DNA from: Malacoraja senta
Lineage: Eukaryota
Length of the DNA: 64,000 nucleotides
Assembly (NCBI GenBank): GCA_038087875.1
Contig: CM075990.1
Coordinates: 10,480,001 to 10,544,000 of the forward strand
Direction: 5' to 3'
The stretch's first letter is position 1; the number at the start of each line of letters is the position of its first letter. The translations under genes and the position numbers were made by a program. Below are positions 63,213 to 64,000 of this stretch, in pieces. The notes under the pieces were generated by a model. It searched no databases and was not told where the DNA came from. It worked only from the letters and a program-made list of their open reading frames with translations.

Positions 63213-63868
63213 CTGCAATTATTGACAGGTTGCCAGCTATAAAGCCACATTAGCTCTAGATATCTCTACAGGTGATGACAGTTCTCTCACTTTGTACCCA
63301 TGCATTTGAAACATCTGAAGAGAAGTAAAAATTCCTACTCTTTATACCTGTATTAAAATTATGATTGTTACGCTAACCGATAATTTAAGGAAATACATTT
63401 TTTTCCTCTTTTCTAATCATTCACTGAACTCAACTGAGATATTGTTCATGCAATAAAATTCAAAGACAAAGAACAATGCCTCTGTTTCCAGTGTAGGTAA
63501 TATAACATTGTAATGAGTGCATTATATGGGTCCAGGTGCTGTTATGATATCTCTTTTCATATCCAATAAACAGTTTAAATTTTTGCATAGAATCGTGATT
63601 GAAATGATCTGGAATAAATCAATTTCAAAGTATGGATGTGAGGGGATGATGGATGATATCGTAATGGTAACGGAGAAAATATACTCTTGTAAGAAACTAG
63701 ATCATTCTACACAGTCATGTGGAAAAAATGTAAGCTTTTACAGTGAATGGATATAAAGTTTAAATTTTTTTTCTTAACTGGAAATTGTTGAACATTAATC
63801 AATTTATATACAGAATCTGCTCATAAGAGATTACAGAAATAATATTTTCGTTTGATAGATATAAATAA

Positions 63869-63873
<5 letters not shown>

Positions 63874-63926
<53 letters not shown>

Positions 63927-63939
63927 TATAGATAGATAG
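63874..63939. repeat. (TA)n microsatellite grading into (GATA)n
   Basis: Directly visible. Confidence 0.95.
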
Positions 63940-64000
63940 ACAGGAAAATGTTAATTTTTTTCACTTTAAATCAGAAATAAATGGAAAAGATATCCATGTA

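Overview
Eukaryotic, AT-rich, repeat-dense non-coding DNA. It is inferred to come from a cartilaginous fish (probably a skate or ray), based on HE1-type V-SINEs, HER1/CR1-type LINE tails and Deu-domain SINEs. I found no convincing host protein-coding exon, and every long ORF belongs to a transposable element. Mobile elements present: many CR1, L2 and Rex1/Babar LINE fragments; Penelope-like (PLE) fragments plus about 20 short PLE-derived units carrying a minimal hammerhead motif; a full-length but inactivated Passport-like Tc1 (DD34E); three PIF/Harbinger-type MITEs; a probable solo LTR; and a 5'-truncated L1/Tx1-clade element flanked by a 678-bp direct duplication. The most striking observation is two copies of a ~140-nt SINE-like element (26546-26684 minus, 45258-45400 plus). 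Its first 54 nt fold, by eye, into a complete minimal HDV/CPEB3-like ribozyme starting at the element's 5' end. This is followed by a 3' stem-loop, an (AAG)n tail and target-site duplications. All calls were made by eye; no database searches or folding programs were run.
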